The notes under the pieces were generated by a model. The model made no database searches and was not told where the DNA came from. It saw nothing but the letters and a program-made list of their open reading frames with translations. A stretch of DNA of 64,000 bases, from positions 1,240,001 to 1,304,000 of the forward strand of contig OZ218951.1 of the NCBI GenBank assembly GCA_965112735.1. Reading direction: 5' to 3'. Below are positions 63,908-64,000 of this stretch, piece after piece (the stretch's first letter is position 1; each line of letters begins with the position of its first letter). The DNA comes from Phaeosaccion multiseriatum (lineage: Eukaryota > Protista > Ochrophyta, other classes). Both the position numbers and the translations under genes were made by a program.

Positions 63908-64000
63908 CCCTGACCCGCCTCGTCTGGCCGCTCCTGGCTTCACACAGTCGCCCACACTTTGTGCCTAGCGTACAACTGCGATGGCCCGCCGTTCATGCCG

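Overview
GC-rich eukaryotic genomic DNA with spliceosomal GT-AG introns and very dense microsatellites. The (GGGA)n/(TCCC)n intron style suggests a stramenopile alga, probably eustigmatophyte-like (inference). Most of the supplied ORFs are shadow frames of low-complexity DNA. I built exon-level models by hand whose phases close for seven genes: a ~2,820-aa C2-containing protein, an ER-type PhyH-family dioxygenase, HIS7, a PP2C phosphatase, a CCDC137-like protein, a ~3,815-aa DDT/PHD/AT-hook/BRWD-type/bromodomain protein and a triple-START protein. There is also a partly resolved TRP/FLC-like multipass membrane gene and a gene that runs off the left edge. Two signals stand out. (1) A 15-bp motif, CAGTTGGTGATACAG, is embedded in CAG tracts and recurs at least 15 times across five unrelated genes, on both strands and in several reading frames (QLVIQ, AVGDT, AVSPT). 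(2) Two inverted, intronless FNIP-repeat pseudogenes plus an inverted copy of the HIS7 5' end lie in exactly the a-b'...a'-b order expected from a staggered-break inversion of about 35 kb. No rRNA, tRNA, CRISPR array or transposase was seen.
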